Shown here piece by piece: positions 39,015-49,891 of a DNA stretch of 64,000 nt. The DNA is taken from contig CAWHDP010000002.1 in the NCBI GenBank assembly GCA_963828125.1, positions 1,472,001 to 1,536,000 on the forward strand. Reading direction: 5' to 3'. The stretch is from an uncultured Chlamydiae bacterium. GTDB lineage: Bacteria > Chlamydiota > Chlamydiia > Chlamydiales > SM23-39. The stretch's first letter is position 1, and each line of letters begins with the position of its first letter. The position numbers and the translations under genes were made by a program. The notes under the pieces are model-generated. The model saw only the letters and a list, made by a program, of their open reading frames with translations. It did no database searches and was not told where the DNA came from.

Positions 39015-40221
39015 ACTGGGCTCCCGCAATCAACCTTAAAGCGTTTAATTTGATAAACCCTTTAGCGTCTGTCTGATCATACCCAAGGGTCTCCTCCATG
39101 CTCGCCATTTGCGGCTGATAGAGAGAATAAGGCGAACTACGCCCAGTCACAATCACATTTCCTTTATAGAGAGTAAGAAAAACCTTGCCAGCCACCCTCT
39201 TCTGACTCTGGTGAACCGCTGCCATGAGAAAATCCATTTCAGGACTAAACCAAAATCCATTGTAGATGATCTGCGCGATTTTGGGAGCGAGGGTCTCTTT
39301 CAGAAGAATCACCTCCCTATCCAGAGTCATCCCTTCCAAATCCAAATGGGCTTTGAGGAGAATCGTCCCGCCAGGAGTCTCATACGCTCCACGCGATTTC
39401 ATCCCAACAAATCGACTTTCCACAAGATCCACTCTCCCAATCCCATGCCTTCCTCCTACCTCATTGAGATATTTGAACAGTTCCACAGAACCTACGATCT
39501 TTGCCCCTGTTCCCATCTCTTCCACCGAAATCGGATTTCCCCCTTGAAACTCAATCGCGATTTTCATCGCTTCATCGGGGGTATTTTCTAGCGAAACCGT
39601 CTTGAGAAACATCTCCTCCGAAGGAGTGTACATCGGGTCTTCCAGTTTTCCTCCCTCAAAACTGGTGTGCATCAGATTCGCATCAATGCTGTACGGCTTT
39701 TCCAAAGTAGAGGTGACAGAAATGCCATGGGCGCTCGCGTATTTTAACAGATCGCCCCTTCCCGAAAATTGCGCTAAAAATTCCCGATCTTTCCAGGGGC
39801 TAATGATCTCTGCGTGAGGAAGGTGCGTCAAAAGGGTCAGCTCAAAGCGCACCTGATCATTTCCTTTCCCCGTCGCCCCGTGTGCAAAGGATGCGATCTT
39901 TTCCCGTTCCGCAAGCTCCACTAATTTCTTCGCAATCAAAGGCCTTGCCAAAGCGGTGCCTAACAGATATTTCCCCTCATAAACAGCATGCGCCTTCAGA
40001 GAAGGAAAAATAAAATCTTCCACAAATTCTTTTTGCAAATTGGCAATATGAACCTCCGACGCCCCTACGGCAAAAGCCTTCTTCTTCGCCGCCTCTAAAT
40101 CCTCCTCTTGCCCCACATCAGCAATGAAACAGACGACATCGTAACCTTTCGTTGTCAGCCACTTCAAAATGACCGACGTATCGAGCCCGCCGCTATAGGC
40201 TAAAATCACTTTCTTCTTCAT
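39007..40221 (-). CDS. argG: Argininosuccinate synthase
   Basis: [34 protein letters not shown]. Confidence 0.97.
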   Translation of the reverse strand: MKKKVILAYSGGLDTSVILKWLTTKGYDVVCFIADVGQEEDLEAAKKKAFAVGASEVHIANLQKEFVEDFIFPSLKAHAVYEGKYLLGTALARPLIAKKLVELAEREKIASFAHGATGKGNDQVRFELTLLTHLPHAEIISPWKDREFLAQFSGRGDLLKYASAHGISVTSTLEKPYSIDANLMHTSFEGGKLEDPMYTPSEEMFLKTVSLENTPDEAMKIAIEFQGGNPISVEEMGTGAKIVGSVELFKYLNEVGGRHGIGRVDLVESRFVGMKSRGAYETPGGTILLKAHLDLEGMTLDREVILLKETLAPKIAQIIYNGFWFSPEMDFLMAAVHQSQKRVAGKVFLTLYKGNVIVTGRSSPYSLYQPQMASMEETLGYDQTDAKGFIKLNALRLIAGAQYG

Positions 40222-43200
40222 TTTTTCCCTCCCATAAGAGCCATGATTAACGCTTTTTGTACATGCAACCGATTTTCACTTTGTTGAAAAATGACCGATT
40301 GGGGTGAATCGGGCAACGTTTCGCTCACCTCTTTTCCCCTGACCATCGGCATACAATGCATGAATATAGCCTCCGGTTTTGCAAGCGCCATGAGCTCTTC
40401 ATTGACTTGAAAACCGGCAAAAAGCTCCTCGTTCGCACCGTTTTCAAACCCCATGCTGGTCCAAACATCTGTATACACTGCGTGAGCGTCTAGAACCGCT
40501 ATATGAGGCGAAGTGTGCTCAGTGATCGATCCCCCTCTTCTAAAAGCCCTCGCTAAAATTTCCGCTTTAGGACCCCGTCCAACGGGACAGCAATAGTGCA
40601 GATGGACGCCCATCATCGGCGCCATGAGGAGAAGACTGTGGAGAATATTGTTCCCGTCCCCGATATAAGTCACTTTAACCCCTTCAAGAGAGCCAAATGT
40701 TTCCTGCAAAGTGAGGAGATCGGCCAAAATCTGGCAAGGATGGTGATCATCCGAAAGGGCGTTGATGATAGGAATAGAGGATACTTTCCCCATGCGGCTT
40801 AAATCTTCGTCGCTATGAGTCCGGATCATAATCCCGTCGCAATACCCCGCAAGCACTCTGACCCAATCTTCAGGTTCCTCTTTCTTTCGATCGCCGCTTA
40901 CACTCTCTATCACCGTACCGCCCAATTCTTGCATCGCCACTGTGAAACTAAATCGGGTCCGCAAAGAGGGTTTCTCGAACAGCATGGCTAAGTGCTTTCC
41001 CTTGAGCGCCAGAGCCGTTTGACCCCCTTTCCTTAAATGTTTCAACTCGCTGGCCAGGTTGAGTAAAGATCGAATTTCGCTAGAGGTGAGCTCCTCTCCG
41101 GTAATGAGATGTTTAGTCGAATGGATCCATTGATTGAGAGATTGCACGCTATGCTCCGATCTGATTATGAATGCTTTTAATAAAGCTGTTGCAGCGCTTG
41201 CCGTCGTGGCATGGCAAATACGCCGTGTGATGGCAAGACGCCTTAACTCTGTCTCCCCTTTGCCGATTGCAATGATCAGTTCAATATCCTTTGCGTCCGG
41301 ATCGAAAGCCTGGCAAGGGATGCCGTGAGTCTGAAGGAACTCTAAAGTGGGAGAGGTTGCATATAAAGTCAGAGGCAGCGCTAAGAGATCGCGCGCCATC
41401 TCAATGCTTATACCACAGCCGAGAAGGGCCCCGCTACCCGGTTTGGGAAGCGGATACCCGGAAGCAATTTGCGCCTTTGCATAGCTTGTAGCAAAATCGC
41501 TATCTAGCCCCATCACCTCTCCTGTCGATTTCATTTCGGGACCCAAAATCGAGTCCACATTGTCAAATTTAGAAAACGGGAAAACAGCCTCCTTGACAGC
41601 AAAATAGGGGAGTACAGGAGGCTCAACATACCCTTGCTCTTTCAAAGAAGTTCCCAATAGACAACGGGTCGCTATTTTGACGAGATCGATCCCAGTCGCT
41701 TTTGAGGTGAAGGGGGCGGTTCGGGAGGCTCTAGGATTGACCTCCAAGACGTAAATCCCGTTGTTCTGAATGGCAAATTGAATATTGAGGAGCCCAACAA
41801 AATGGAGGCCCAAAGCGATCTGCTTCGTCTGTTCCAAAAGCTCTTTTTGCAAGGAGGCAGATAAACTAAAGGGAGGGAGAGAGCAGGCAGAGTCTCCCGA
41901 ATGGATGCCCGCCGGCTCAACATGCTCTAAAATCCCCGGAACATACACGTCGGATCCATCGGATATCGCATCGATATCGACCTCTGTCGCATCCATTAAA
42001 AACCGCTCTATCAGCACCGGCTTTTCAGCAGAGGCTGAAAAAGCCTCCAAAAGACAGCTTTCTAATTCGCCCTCCTGGTTGACAATAGCCATCGCTCGCC
42101 CCCCCAAAACAAAAGAGGGTCTGACAATCAGAGGATAGCCCATCTGCTTCCCAGCAGACAACCCCTCCTCTAATGAATGGACGATCAAGTTGTCCGGCTG
42201 TTTGAGGCCCAAAGTATTTAAAAATTGCTTGAAACTAGCCCGATCTTCTGTTTTTTCAATCCATTCGGACGTCATGCCAAGGAGCGGCACTCCAGCTTTT
42301 ACAAGAGGACCTGTCAAGTTTAAAGGAGTCTGCCCCCCATACTGTACAATCACGCCAAGAGGTTTTTCTATATCGACAATCGCCAAAATATCTTCCGCAG
42401 TCAGTGGAGAGCAGTAGAGCTTGTCTGCGCAATCGTAATCGGTCGAGACCGTTTCCGGATTGCAGTTGACGATGATCGTCTCATAGCCCTCTTCCTTCAA
42501 GGCTTGAATCGCATGCACGCAGCTATAATCAAATTCGATCCCCTGGCCAATTCGGGAAGGTCCGCTCCCTAAAATCATCATCTTAGGGAGATCTGTAGGA
42601 TAGGCCTCGCACTCCTCTTCATAGCTGGAGTAAAGATAAGCGATCGATGTGGCAAATTCAGCAGCGCAAGAATCGATCCGCTTAAACCCAGGGACAATCC
42701 CCCATTCTCCTCTTTTCGCTCTGATCTCCTCTTCGCTACAGCCAGAAAAAATACCGATTTGCACGTCGGAAAAACCCAATTTCTTCAAAGCGCGCAGATC
42801 TTCTTTATCCTCTATTTTTTTCTCCGCCTGGACAAGCTCCTCGATTTGGTGAAGAAACCAAGGATCGATCTGGGTCAAATCGTTGACTTGGGCCAAAGAC
42901 ATCCCCTCTCGAAAAGCATCAAAAATCGCCCAAAGCCTAAAGGGACCCGGAATGTCCAAAGACCGGTGTTTAGGAATCGATCCAACCTCCATGCTTCTCA
43001 TCCCTTTAAGAAGAGCCTCCTGAAACGTCCTTCCGATCGCCATCGCCTCCCCCACAGAGCGCATCTGAGTCCCCAATTTTTCCTCGCAACCTTTGAACTT
43101 CTCAAAATTAAAACGGGGTATTTTAACCACCACATAATCCAGGGTCGGCTCAAAAGAGGCCGGAATCTGATTCCCCGTTAATTCGCTCGAAAGCTCCGGC

Positions 43201-44198
43201 AAGGTGTAACCCACGGCCAGCTTCGCCGCGACTTTAGCAATCGGAAAACCGGTCGCTTTAGAGGCCAAAGCAGACGATCTGGAGACTCGGGGGTTCATTT
43301 CGATCACAACCATTCTCCCGTTTTTCGGATCTATTCCGAATTGCACATTCGACCCGCCCGTCTCTACGCCAATCGCTCGTAAAATCGAAAAAGAGGCGTC
43401 CCTCATAGTTTGATATTCTTTATCGGTCAATGTTTGGGCAGGAGCTACTGTGATCGAATCCCCCGTATGAATCCCTAAAGGATCGATATTTTCAATAGAG
43501 CAGACAATGATGCAGTTATCGCTTCGATCCCGCACAACCTCCATTTCGAATTCTTTCCAACCCACCAAAGCCTCATCAAGAAGAATTTCTTGGCCTCGCG
43601 GAGTTTGATGTAAAGCAGCTTTACATAAAGAAAAAAACTCCTCTTCCGTGTGGGCAATCCCGCTCCCGCTTCCCCCTAAAATAAAAGAGGGGCGTACAAT
43701 AATGGGCAGTCCCAAAGCTCCCAAAACCTCCTTCGCCTCTTCGATATTTTTAGCAGATCCCGACTTTGGTAAATCCAACCCTAGAGTCTGAATGGTTTGT
43801 CGAAACAAAGAGCGATCTTCGGCAAGCTCAATGGCCTCAGGCGTTACGCCAAGAAGTTCCACTCCTAGAGCCGCAAGACAGCCGCTTTTTGCCAGCTCGA
43901 GAGCCACATTGAGCGCCGTTTGCCCCCCCATAGTCGGCAAGATCGCGCAAGGTTTTTCTTTTTCAATGACTTTCATCACAAATTCTTTCGTAATCGGCTC
44001 AATGTAGACGACGTCCGCCACCGATAGATCGGTCATGATCGTCGCTGGATTTGAATTGATGAGAACGACCTTGTAGCCCTCTTCGCGCAGCGCAATACAA
44101 GCTTGGGTCCCCGCGTAATCGAATTCGCAAGCCTGCCCGATCACAATCGGACCCGATCCGATGAGAAGGATTTTTTGAATATCAGTTCGCTTTGGCAT
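40218..44198 (-). CDS. carB-argF: Carbamoyl-phosphate synthase large subunit fused to ornithine carbamoyltransferase (CarB-ArgF)
   Basis: CarB motifs ([15 protein letters not shown], two ATP-grasp halves), then OTC motifs [24 protein letters not shown] from about nt 41117 down; one uninterrupted frame. Confidence 0.93.
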   Translation of the reverse strand: MPKRTDIQKILLIGSGPIVIGQACEFDYAGTQACIALREEGYKVVLINSNPATIMTDLSVADVVYIEPITKEFVMKVIEKEKPCAILPTMGGQTALNVALELAKSGCLAALGVELLGVTPEAIELAEDRSLFRQTIQTLGLDLPKSGSAKNIEEAKEVLGALGLPIIVRPSFILGGSGSGIAHTEEEFFSLCKAALHQTPRGQEILLDEALVGWKEFEMEVVRDRSDNCIIVCSIENIDPLGIHTGDSITVAPAQTLTDKEYQTMRDASFSILRAIGVETGGSNVQFGIDPKNGRMVVIEMNPRVSRSSALASKATGFPIAKVAAKLAVGYTLPELSSELTGNQIPASFEPTLDYVVVKIPRFNFEKFKGCEEKLGTQMRSVGEAMAIGRTFQEALLKGMRSMEVGSIPKHRSLDIPGPFRLWAIFDAFREGMSLAQVNDLTQIDPWFLHQIEELVQAEKKIEDKEDLRALKKLGFSDVQIGIFSGCSEEEIRAKRGEWGIVPGFKRIDSCAAEFATSIAYLYSSYEEECEAYPTDLPKMMILGSGPSRIGQGIEFDYSCVHAIQALKEEGYETIIVNCNPETVSTDYDCADKLYCSPLTAEDILAIVDIEKPLGVIVQYGGQTPLNLTGPLVKAGVPLLGMTSEWIEKTEDRASFKQFLNTLGLKQPDNLIVHSLEEGLSAGKQMGYPLIVRPSFVLGGRAMAIVNQEGELESCLLEAFSASAEKPVLIERFLMDATEVDIDAISDGSDVYVPGILEHVEPAGIHSGDSACSLPPFSLSASLQKELLEQTKQIALGLHFVGLLNIQFAIQNNGIYVLEVNPRASRTAPFTSKATGIDLVKIATRCLLGTSLKEQGYVEPPVLPYFAVKEAVFPFSKFDNVDSILGPEMKSTGEVMGLDSDFATSYAKAQIASGYPLPKPGSGALLGCGISIEMARDLLALPLTLYATSPTLEFLQTHGIPCQAFDPDAKDIELIIAIGKGETELRRLAITRRICHATTASAATALLKAFIIRSEHSVQSLNQWIHSTKHLITGEELTSSEIRSLLNLASELKHLRKGGQTALALKGKHLAMLFEKPSLRTRFSFTVAMQELGGTVIESVSGDRKKEEPEDWVRVLAGYCDGIMIRTHSDEDLSRMGKVSSIPIINALSDDHHPCQILADLLTLQETFGSLEGVKVTYIGDGNNILHSLLLMAPMMGVHLHYCCPVGRGPKAEILARAFRRGGSITEHTSPHIAVLDAHAVYTDVWTSMGFENGANEELFAGFQVNEELMALAKPEAIFMHCMPMVRGKEVSETLPDSPQSVIFQQSENRLHVQKALIMALMGGKK

Positions 44199-45282
44199 GT
44201 TCGTTTTCCATTAATCTGACAAATTGGTCGAATAAAACCTGTAATTCATGAGGTCCTGGACTTGCTTCCGGATGTCCCTGAAAGCTAAAGGCCGGTTTGT
44301 CCTTTCTCGCAATGCCAGCCACGCTTTTGTCAAAAAGAGAGCGGTGCGTCACCATCAAACAAGGAGGAACCGTTTTTTCATCGACCGCAAAACCGTGGTT
44401 TTGGCTGCTGATCCATACTTTGCCTGTAGCAATCTCCAAAATCGGATGATTAGCTCCATGATGGCCCTGTTCCATTTTCACCGTTTTTGCCCCGCTAGCG
44501 AGCGCCAGTAGCTGATGCCCTAAACAAATGCCAAATATAGGAATCAGGGACTCAAGGAGAATCCGGATCGTTTGAATCGCACCATAGCAAGCAGCCGGAT
44601 CGCCCGGACCGTTCGATAAAAATATCCCATCCGGCTTGAGCTTTAAGATAGCGTCGGCCGTCGCATTGGGAGGGACGACCGTTAGACGACAGCCCGAGGC
44701 GACGAGTTTTTGCAAAATAGCGTTTTTGATTCCAAAATCAAGGACAACAACGTGAAGAGAAGCATCTTGAACTCCCCATTCGGATAAGAAGTCGGAGGCG
44801 ACTTCCTGGGTCATGTTTTTCCCCTCTAAGCCAGAAAAACCCTTGGCTTGGCGCAAAGCGAAATCGACGTCGACTTTTCCTCCCATAATACAGGCATTTA
44901 AGCTCCCCTTCGTCCTTAAGATATGGGTCAATTTCCGAGTGTCAATCTCCGATAAAGCCACCACATTCTGGTTTTTAAGGAGACTTTGCAAATCGCCCGT
45001 CGCCCGCCAATTGCTAGGCCACTGAGCCAGCTTGCGCATGACGACCCCGCCCGCCCAAATTTGATCCGACTCCCTATCGTCCTCATTGACGCCAACATTC
45101 CCAATATGGGGATAAGTAAAACTGATGATCTGTCCCGCATAGGAAGGATCGGTTAAAATCTCTTGATACCCGGTCATTGCCGTATTGAAGACGAGCTCCC
45201 CGACAAAAACCCCCTCCGCCCCGACCGATTCCCCCCAAAGAAGAGTTCCGTCCTCAAGCGCTAATAATCCGTCCTTTTCCAT
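44182..45282 (-). CDS. carA: Carbamoyl-phosphate synthase small subunit
   Basis: [41 protein letters not shown]. Confidence 0.97.
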   Translation of the reverse strand: MEKDGLLALEDGTLLWGESVGAEGVFVGELVFNTAMTGYQEILTDPSYAGQIISFTYPHIGNVGVNEDDRESDQIWAGGVVMRKLAQWPSNWRATGDLQSLLKNQNVVALSEIDTRKLTHILRTKGSLNACIMGGKVDVDFALRQAKGFSGLEGKNMTQEVASDFLSEWGVQDASLHVVVLDFGIKNAILQKLVASGCRLTVVPPNATADAILKLKPDGIFLSNGPGDPAACYGAIQTIRILLESLIPIFGICLGHQLLALASGAKTVKMEQGHHGANHPILEIATGKVWISSQNHGFAVDEKTVPPCLMVTHRSLFDKSVAGIARKDKPAFSFQGHPEASPGPHELQVLFDQFVRLMENEHAKAN

Positions 45283-45289
45283 CTTTGGC

Positions 45290-45469
45290 TCAAATTCTCG
45301 GATAAGTAAAGCTAACCGCCGGCGGCGAGTAAAAAAAAGCGCTCAAGGGCTCTAACTGACCTACCGGACAGTGATTCAGCACCACCTCTCCTATAGTGAT
45401 TCCTCCGGCTCCTAATGATTCTATCCAAAAAAGCATCCCGTCAGGGGTTATCGATTTTTCGTTTTTCAT
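45290..45469 (-). CDS. 59-aa leader ORF homologous to the CarA N-terminus (absent from the ORF track)
   Basis: AAGGAGAG RBS; MKNEKSITPDGMLFWIESLGAGGITIGEVVLNHCPVGQLEPLSAFFYSPPAVSFTYPRI aligns without gaps to CarA residues 11-60. Confidence 0.7.
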   Translation of the reverse strand: MKNEKSITPDGMLFWIESLGAGGITIGEVVLNHCPVGQLEPLSAFFYSPPAVSFTYPRI

Positions 45470-45487
45470 AAACTCTCCTTGTTGTTA

Positions 45488-45525
45488 TGCGATTTATTAT
45501 ACACGGAAATGAATATTTATTCAAC
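45488..45525 (-). promoter_or_regulatory. ARG box(es) overlapping the promoter of the leader-carA operon
   Basis: AATGAATATTTATTCAAC at 45508-45525 plus a degenerate partner at 45488-45505; minus-strand TTGAAT-N17-TATAAT. Confidence 0.8.
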
Positions 45526-45592
45526 AAATAGATTCGATGTGAACGGCAAGCTCCTTGCTGTTAGCATGTTAAATATAAATATGGTGAGTTTT

Positions 45593-45623
45593 ATTGACTA
45601 AATATTCATTTTAAATATATAAT
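45593..45623 (+). promoter_or_regulatory. ARG box overlapping the argC promoter
   Basis: ATTGACTAAATATTCATT at 45593-45610 covers the -35; TTGACT-N18-TATAAT. Confidence 0.8.
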
Positions 45624-45643
45624 GAACGGCAACAACAGAGGAA

Positions 45644-46696
45644 ATGATGATTAAAGTAGGGGTTGCGGGAGCCACTGGATATGTAGGGATTGAATTGATT
45701 CGGATTCTTGCCGGGCATCCCCGAGTTGAGCTTGTCTATGTCGCAACTCAATCCCACATAAATGAGGCGCTGAAGACGGTATACCCGCACCTTCAAAGGA
45801 TCGTCGACATGAACTGCTCTCCGTTGGATGCGGCTGAGATGGCAAACCAGTGCGACGTTGTTTTTACGGCTCTTCCCCATGGGATTGCATTAAGCCTTGC
45901 TGAGCCGATCCTCAAAGCGGGGAAAAAACTCATTGATCTTGGAGCCGATTTTCGGCTGAAAAACCGCGCGCTTTATGAACAGTGGTATGGGAAACCCTCG
46001 GCCTCTTCCGAACAGCTCGAATCTGCCGTCTATGGCCTTCCAGAAATTATATCGCCAAAGATCATCCAAGGATCTGATCTGATTGCAAATCCTGGGTGCT
46101 ACCCCACCTGCATCGCCCTCGGAGCCAGTCCTCCGATCTTTCATAAGATCGTAAAACTAGAGGGGATGATTTTCGATGCTAAATCGGGAGTTTCAGGCTC
46201 TGGGAAAAGCCTTTCTCTCAATTCCCATTTTTGTGAAGTCGCTGAAAATTTTAAAGCCTACGCAATAGCTGGAAGCCATCGCCACACTCCAGAAATCGAA
46301 CAAATTTTAAGCGAGCTCACAAAGACTCCTGTAACGGTCCAATTTACGCCCCATCTCATCCCGATGATCCGGGGACTTTTAGTGACCGGCTATTTCCAGC
46401 TTCAAAAAGAGATCTCTGCAGAGGCCGTTTGGCACATTTATTCACAGTACTATAAGAACAAACCCTTCGTCCGATTATGTCCGCTTGGGACGCTTCCTCA
46501 AACAGCCAATGTCAGAGGGTCTAATTACTGCGATATCGGCCTTGCGCTCGATCTCCGGACGAACACCTTGATTGTCGTCAGCGTGATTGACAATCTTGTC
46601 AAAGGGGCCGCAGGGCAAGCGGTCCAAAATATGAATATCTTGTTTGAACTGCCGGAAACGATGGGGCTCAATCAGCTATGTCCAACTTATCCATGA
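45644..46696 (+). CDS. argC: N-acetyl-gamma-glutamyl-phosphate reductase
   Basis: GATGYVG, NPGCYPT, SGVSGSG, HRHTPEI, DNLVKGAAGQA. Confidence 0.97.
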   Translation: MMIKVGVAGATGYVGIELIRILAGHPRVELVYVATQSHINEALKTVYPHLQRIVDMNCSPLDAAEMANQCDVVFTALPHGIALSLAEPILKAGKKLIDLGADFRLKNRALYEQWYGKPSASSEQLESAVYGLPEIISPKIIQGSDLIANPGCYPTCIALGASPPIFHKIVKLEGMIFDAKSGVSGSGKSLSLNSHFCEVAENFKAYAIAGSHRHTPEIEQILSELTKTPVTVQFTPHLIPMIRGLLVTGYFQLQKEISAEAVWHIYSQYYKNKPFVRLCPLGTLPQTANVRGSNYCDIGLALDLRTNTLIVVSVIDNLVKGAAGQAVQNMNILFELPETMGLNQLCPTYP

Positions 46697-47907
46697 AGAA
46701 AAAACATATTGAAGGAGGCATTTCAGCCCCTCTTGGCTTTATGGCCTCCGGGGTGCCCGCAGACTTAAGGGGAAAGGGGGACGTCAAAAAAGACGTCGCC
46801 CTCATTTTCAGCGAAGTCCCTGCCGTAGCTGCCGGCGTCTTTACGAAAAATTCTGTCAAAGCGGCGCCTATTTTGGTGACCCAAGAAGCGATCCAGCAAG
46901 GGCTCTTGCAAGCGATTGTCATCAATAGCCGCAATGCGAACGCCTGCACAGGCCGGCAAGGGATCACAGATGCAAAAGAGATGTGCAAGCTCGCAGCTGA
47001 CGCGTTGCAGATCGATCCGGGACAGGTGGCCGTCAGCAGCACCGGCGTCATTGGGGTTCCCCTCCCGATGACCCGGCTCGCTCCAGGGATTCTGGCCGCC
47101 GCCGCGCATCTGGATAAAAAGGGAAATTCCGATGCAGCGGTTGCGATCATGACTACCGATACCTATCCGAAAGAGCTCGCCCTTCAATTGGAATTGGGGG
47201 GAGCTAGAGTCACGATCGGAGGCGTGGCCAAAGGTTCCGGCATGGTACATCCCGATATGGCGACGATTCTAGGTTTTATCACGACCGACGCGAACATTTC
47301 TCTCAATGCGCTTAAAATGGCTCTAAAACAAGGGAGCGACGACTCCTTTAACATGATCAGCGTCGATGGAGATACGTCGACAAACGACATGGTTCTCGCC
47401 ATGGCCAATGGGCTGGCGGGCAATCCTCAAATCGAGATCGGAACCCCTATTTTTGAAGAATTTTGCGAGGCATTGAAATATGTCCTCATTTTTCTAGCCA
47501 AAGAGGTCGCCCGCGACGGAGAGGGGGCCACTAAGCTTCTAGAAGTGTGCGTACAAGGAGCGAGCTGCGTCGAAGAGGCGAGACTTGCGGCTAGATCCGT
47601 TTGCAGCTCTCTTCTCGTCAAGACAGCTATTTTTGGAAAAGACGCCAATTGGGGACGGATCCTTTGCGCTCTCGGTTATTCAGGAGCCTCTTTTGATCCA
47701 AATCAGGCAGATCTTTATATCGGCAACGTGCAAGTGATGGGGAAAGGGGCGCCCCTTCTTTTTGATGAGGCGGCAGCCTTAGACATCCTCTCCGAATCCC
47801 ACGTATTGGTGACGGCCCATCTCCATGCAGGCAACGCCTCGGCCACAAGTTGGGGATGCGATCTTTCCTACGATTATGTAAAGATCAATGGAGCCTATCG
47901 AACATGA
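46693..47907 (+). CDS. argJ: Bifunctional ornithine acetyltransferase/N-acetylglutamate synthase
   Basis: STGVIG, IMTTDT, KGSGMVHPDMAT, DGDTSTND, DGEGAT. Confidence 0.97.
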   Translation: MKKKHIEGGISAPLGFMASGVPADLRGKGDVKKDVALIFSEVPAVAAGVFTKNSVKAAPILVTQEAIQQGLLQAIVINSRNANACTGRQGITDAKEMCKLAADALQIDPGQVAVSSTGVIGVPLPMTRLAPGILAAAAHLDKKGNSDAAVAIMTTDTYPKELALQLELGGARVTIGGVAKGSGMVHPDMATILGFITTDANISLNALKMALKQGSDDSFNMISVDGDTSTNDMVLAMANGLAGNPQIEIGTPIFEEFCEALKYVLIFLAKEVARDGEGATKLLEVCVQGASCVEEARLAARSVCSSLLVKTAIFGKDANWGRILCALGYSGASFDPNQADLYIGNVQVMGKGAPLLFDEAAALDILSESHVLVTAHLHAGNASATSWGCDLSYDYVKINGAYRT

Positions 47908-48695
47908 GACCGAAAATCGTTGTGATCAAATACGGGGGCGCTGCCATGCAAACTCCGGCCCTTATTCAAACAACGCTCCAAGACGTCGTCCGCCTCAAGA
48001 GGTTGGGAATACAGCCCGTTCTGGTTCATGGAGGCGGACCGGAAATATCAAAGATGTGTCAACAAATGGGGATCGTTCCCGCTTTTGTCAATGGGCTGCG
48101 GGTTACGGATAGAGAAACCCTTGAAATCGCGCAAATGGTGCTTGTCGGAAAAATCAATAAAGAACTTGTCTCCCTACTCAACCAAGAAGAAGGGAGGGCA
48201 GTCGGTCTCTCCGGACAAGACGCCAACTTGATCTTGGCCAAACAAGCGGATAAGAACCTTGGATTCGTAGGAGAAATTGAGCAGGTGAACCCCGAGATTC
48301 TCATCCTGCTCATTGAAGCGGGATTCATCCCCGTGATTGCCCCAATGGCAACGTCCAAAAGATCTCAAAGCTACAATATCAATGCCGATAGCGCGGCGAG
48401 CGAGATCGGAGCCGCTCTTCAAGCAGATTCTCTCATTCTGCTCACCGATGTAGAAGGAGTTTTGAAAGACCCTAAAGACCCCAGCACAAAGATCGATATA
48501 ATAAAAACCTCTGAATGGGGCGCCGTAGTCGAAAGCGGCAGCTTGAAAGGGGGAATGATCCCCAAAATAGAGGGGGCCTTAGCCGCGATTCAGAGAGGTG
48601 TGAATCAGGTGCATATTTTGGATGGAAGGGTTCCGAACGTCCTTCTCCTCCATTTTCAGGATCGGGAAACAAAAGGGACAAGCATCTATGTTTAA
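47904..48695 (+). CDS. argB: Acetylglutamate kinase
   Basis: KYGG, VHGGGP, GLRVTD, NINAD, GGMIPK. Confidence 0.96.
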   Translation: MRPKIVVIKYGGAAMQTPALIQTTLQDVVRLKRLGIQPVLVHGGGPEISKMCQQMGIVPAFVNGLRVTDRETLEIAQMVLVGKINKELVSLLNQEEGRAVGLSGQDANLILAKQADKNLGFVGEIEQVNPEILILLIEAGFIPVIAPMATSKRSQSYNINADSAASEIGAALQADSLILLTDVEGVLKDPKDPSTKIDIIKTSEWGAVVESGSLKGGMIPKIEGALAAIQRGVNQVHILDGRVPNVLLLHFQDRETKGTSIYV

Positions 48696-49887
48696 ATCCA
48701 AAACCGAAGAAATTGTGGCGCTCGACAAAAAGTATCTCATGAACACGTACAACCGATATCCGATCGCGATCGTGAAGGGGGATGGAATGGAGGTTTATGA
48801 CGCCGATGGGAAAAAATATCTCGATTTTCTTGGAGGAATTGCCGTAAACGTTTTAGGTCACTGCCACCCCAAAGTAGTCGATGCGATTATTGCGCAAGTC
48901 AAAGAATTGATTCATACATCGAATCTCTACTACACAAAGCCCGCTGCGGAATTGGCCGAATTACTCTCTTTAAACGGAGGGTTGGATAAAATCTTTTTCT
49001 GCAATTCAGGAGCCGAGGCCAATGAAGGCGCCATCAAACTGAGCCGCAAATACCAATGGAGAAAAGGGCGCCGGGAAAAATATAAAATCATTACAGCAAC
49101 CCATTCTTTTCACGGACGGACCCTCGCAGCTCTTGCAGCGACCCATAAACCCGAAATTCAAGAGGGTTTCGGTCCATTGCCCGATGGATTTCAAGCGGTC
49201 CCTTGGAACGACACTCAAAAATTCCTCGAGAGTATCGATGAGACAACCGCAGCCGTTTTAATCGAACCCATTCAAGGAGAAGGAGGGATCCACTCTGCCA
49301 CACGAGACTTTTTAGAAAAAATTCGGGCCGCATGCGATCGGGTAGGAGCCCTTCTGATCTTTGATGAAATTCAATGCGGCATGGGCCGCTCGGGAACCCT
49401 CTTTGCTTATGAAAATTTTGCCGTTAAGCCTGACGTCATTACTTTGGCTAAAGGGATTGCCAGCGGACTTCCCCTGGGCGCTATTTGCGCAACGAATGGA
49501 GCCGCTGAAGCGTTTCATCCAGGAGATCACGGGACGACATTCGGCGCAAATCCGGTCGCCGCGGCGGCCGCTCTAGCCACTTTAAAAGTTCTCATTGAAG
49601 AGAACTACCTTCCAAAGGTGGCTAAAATGGGCGCTCTTCTCATGGAAAAACTCCACGAACTCCAAATAAAATATCCGCAAGCCATCGCCGAAGTTCGGGG
49701 GCTCGGACTCATGATCGGGATAGAGCTCAAAATAGATCCGAAAATAGTGCTGCAAAAATGCCACGCTAGAGGGCTCCTTGCCAATGTGACAGCAGGAAAC
49801 GTCCTCCGCCTTCTTCCCGCCTACACAATTACTGCAAAAGAGATCGGCCAGGCCGTTTCCATTATCGAAAGCGCTATTGTTGGATAA
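48688..49887 (+). CDS. argD: Acetylornithine aminotransferase
   Basis: CNSGAEANE, SFHGRT, EPIQGEGG, DEIQCG, TLAKG, HGTTFG. Confidence 0.96.
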   Translation: MFKSKTEEIVALDKKYLMNTYNRYPIAIVKGDGMEVYDADGKKYLDFLGGIAVNVLGHCHPKVVDAIIAQVKELIHTSNLYYTKPAAELAELLSLNGGLDKIFFCNSGAEANEGAIKLSRKYQWRKGRREKYKIITATHSFHGRTLAALAATHKPEIQEGFGPLPDGFQAVPWNDTQKFLESIDETTAAVLIEPIQGEGGIHSATRDFLEKIRAACDRVGALLIFDEIQCGMGRSGTLFAYENFAVKPDVITLAKGIASGLPLGAICATNGAAEAFHPGDHGTTFGANPVAAAAALATLKVLIEENYLPKVAKMGALLMEKLHELQIKYPQAIAEVRGLGLMIGIELKIDPKIVLQKCHARGLLANVTAGNVLRLLPAYTITAKEIGQAVSIIESAIVG

Positions 49888-49891
49888 CCCC

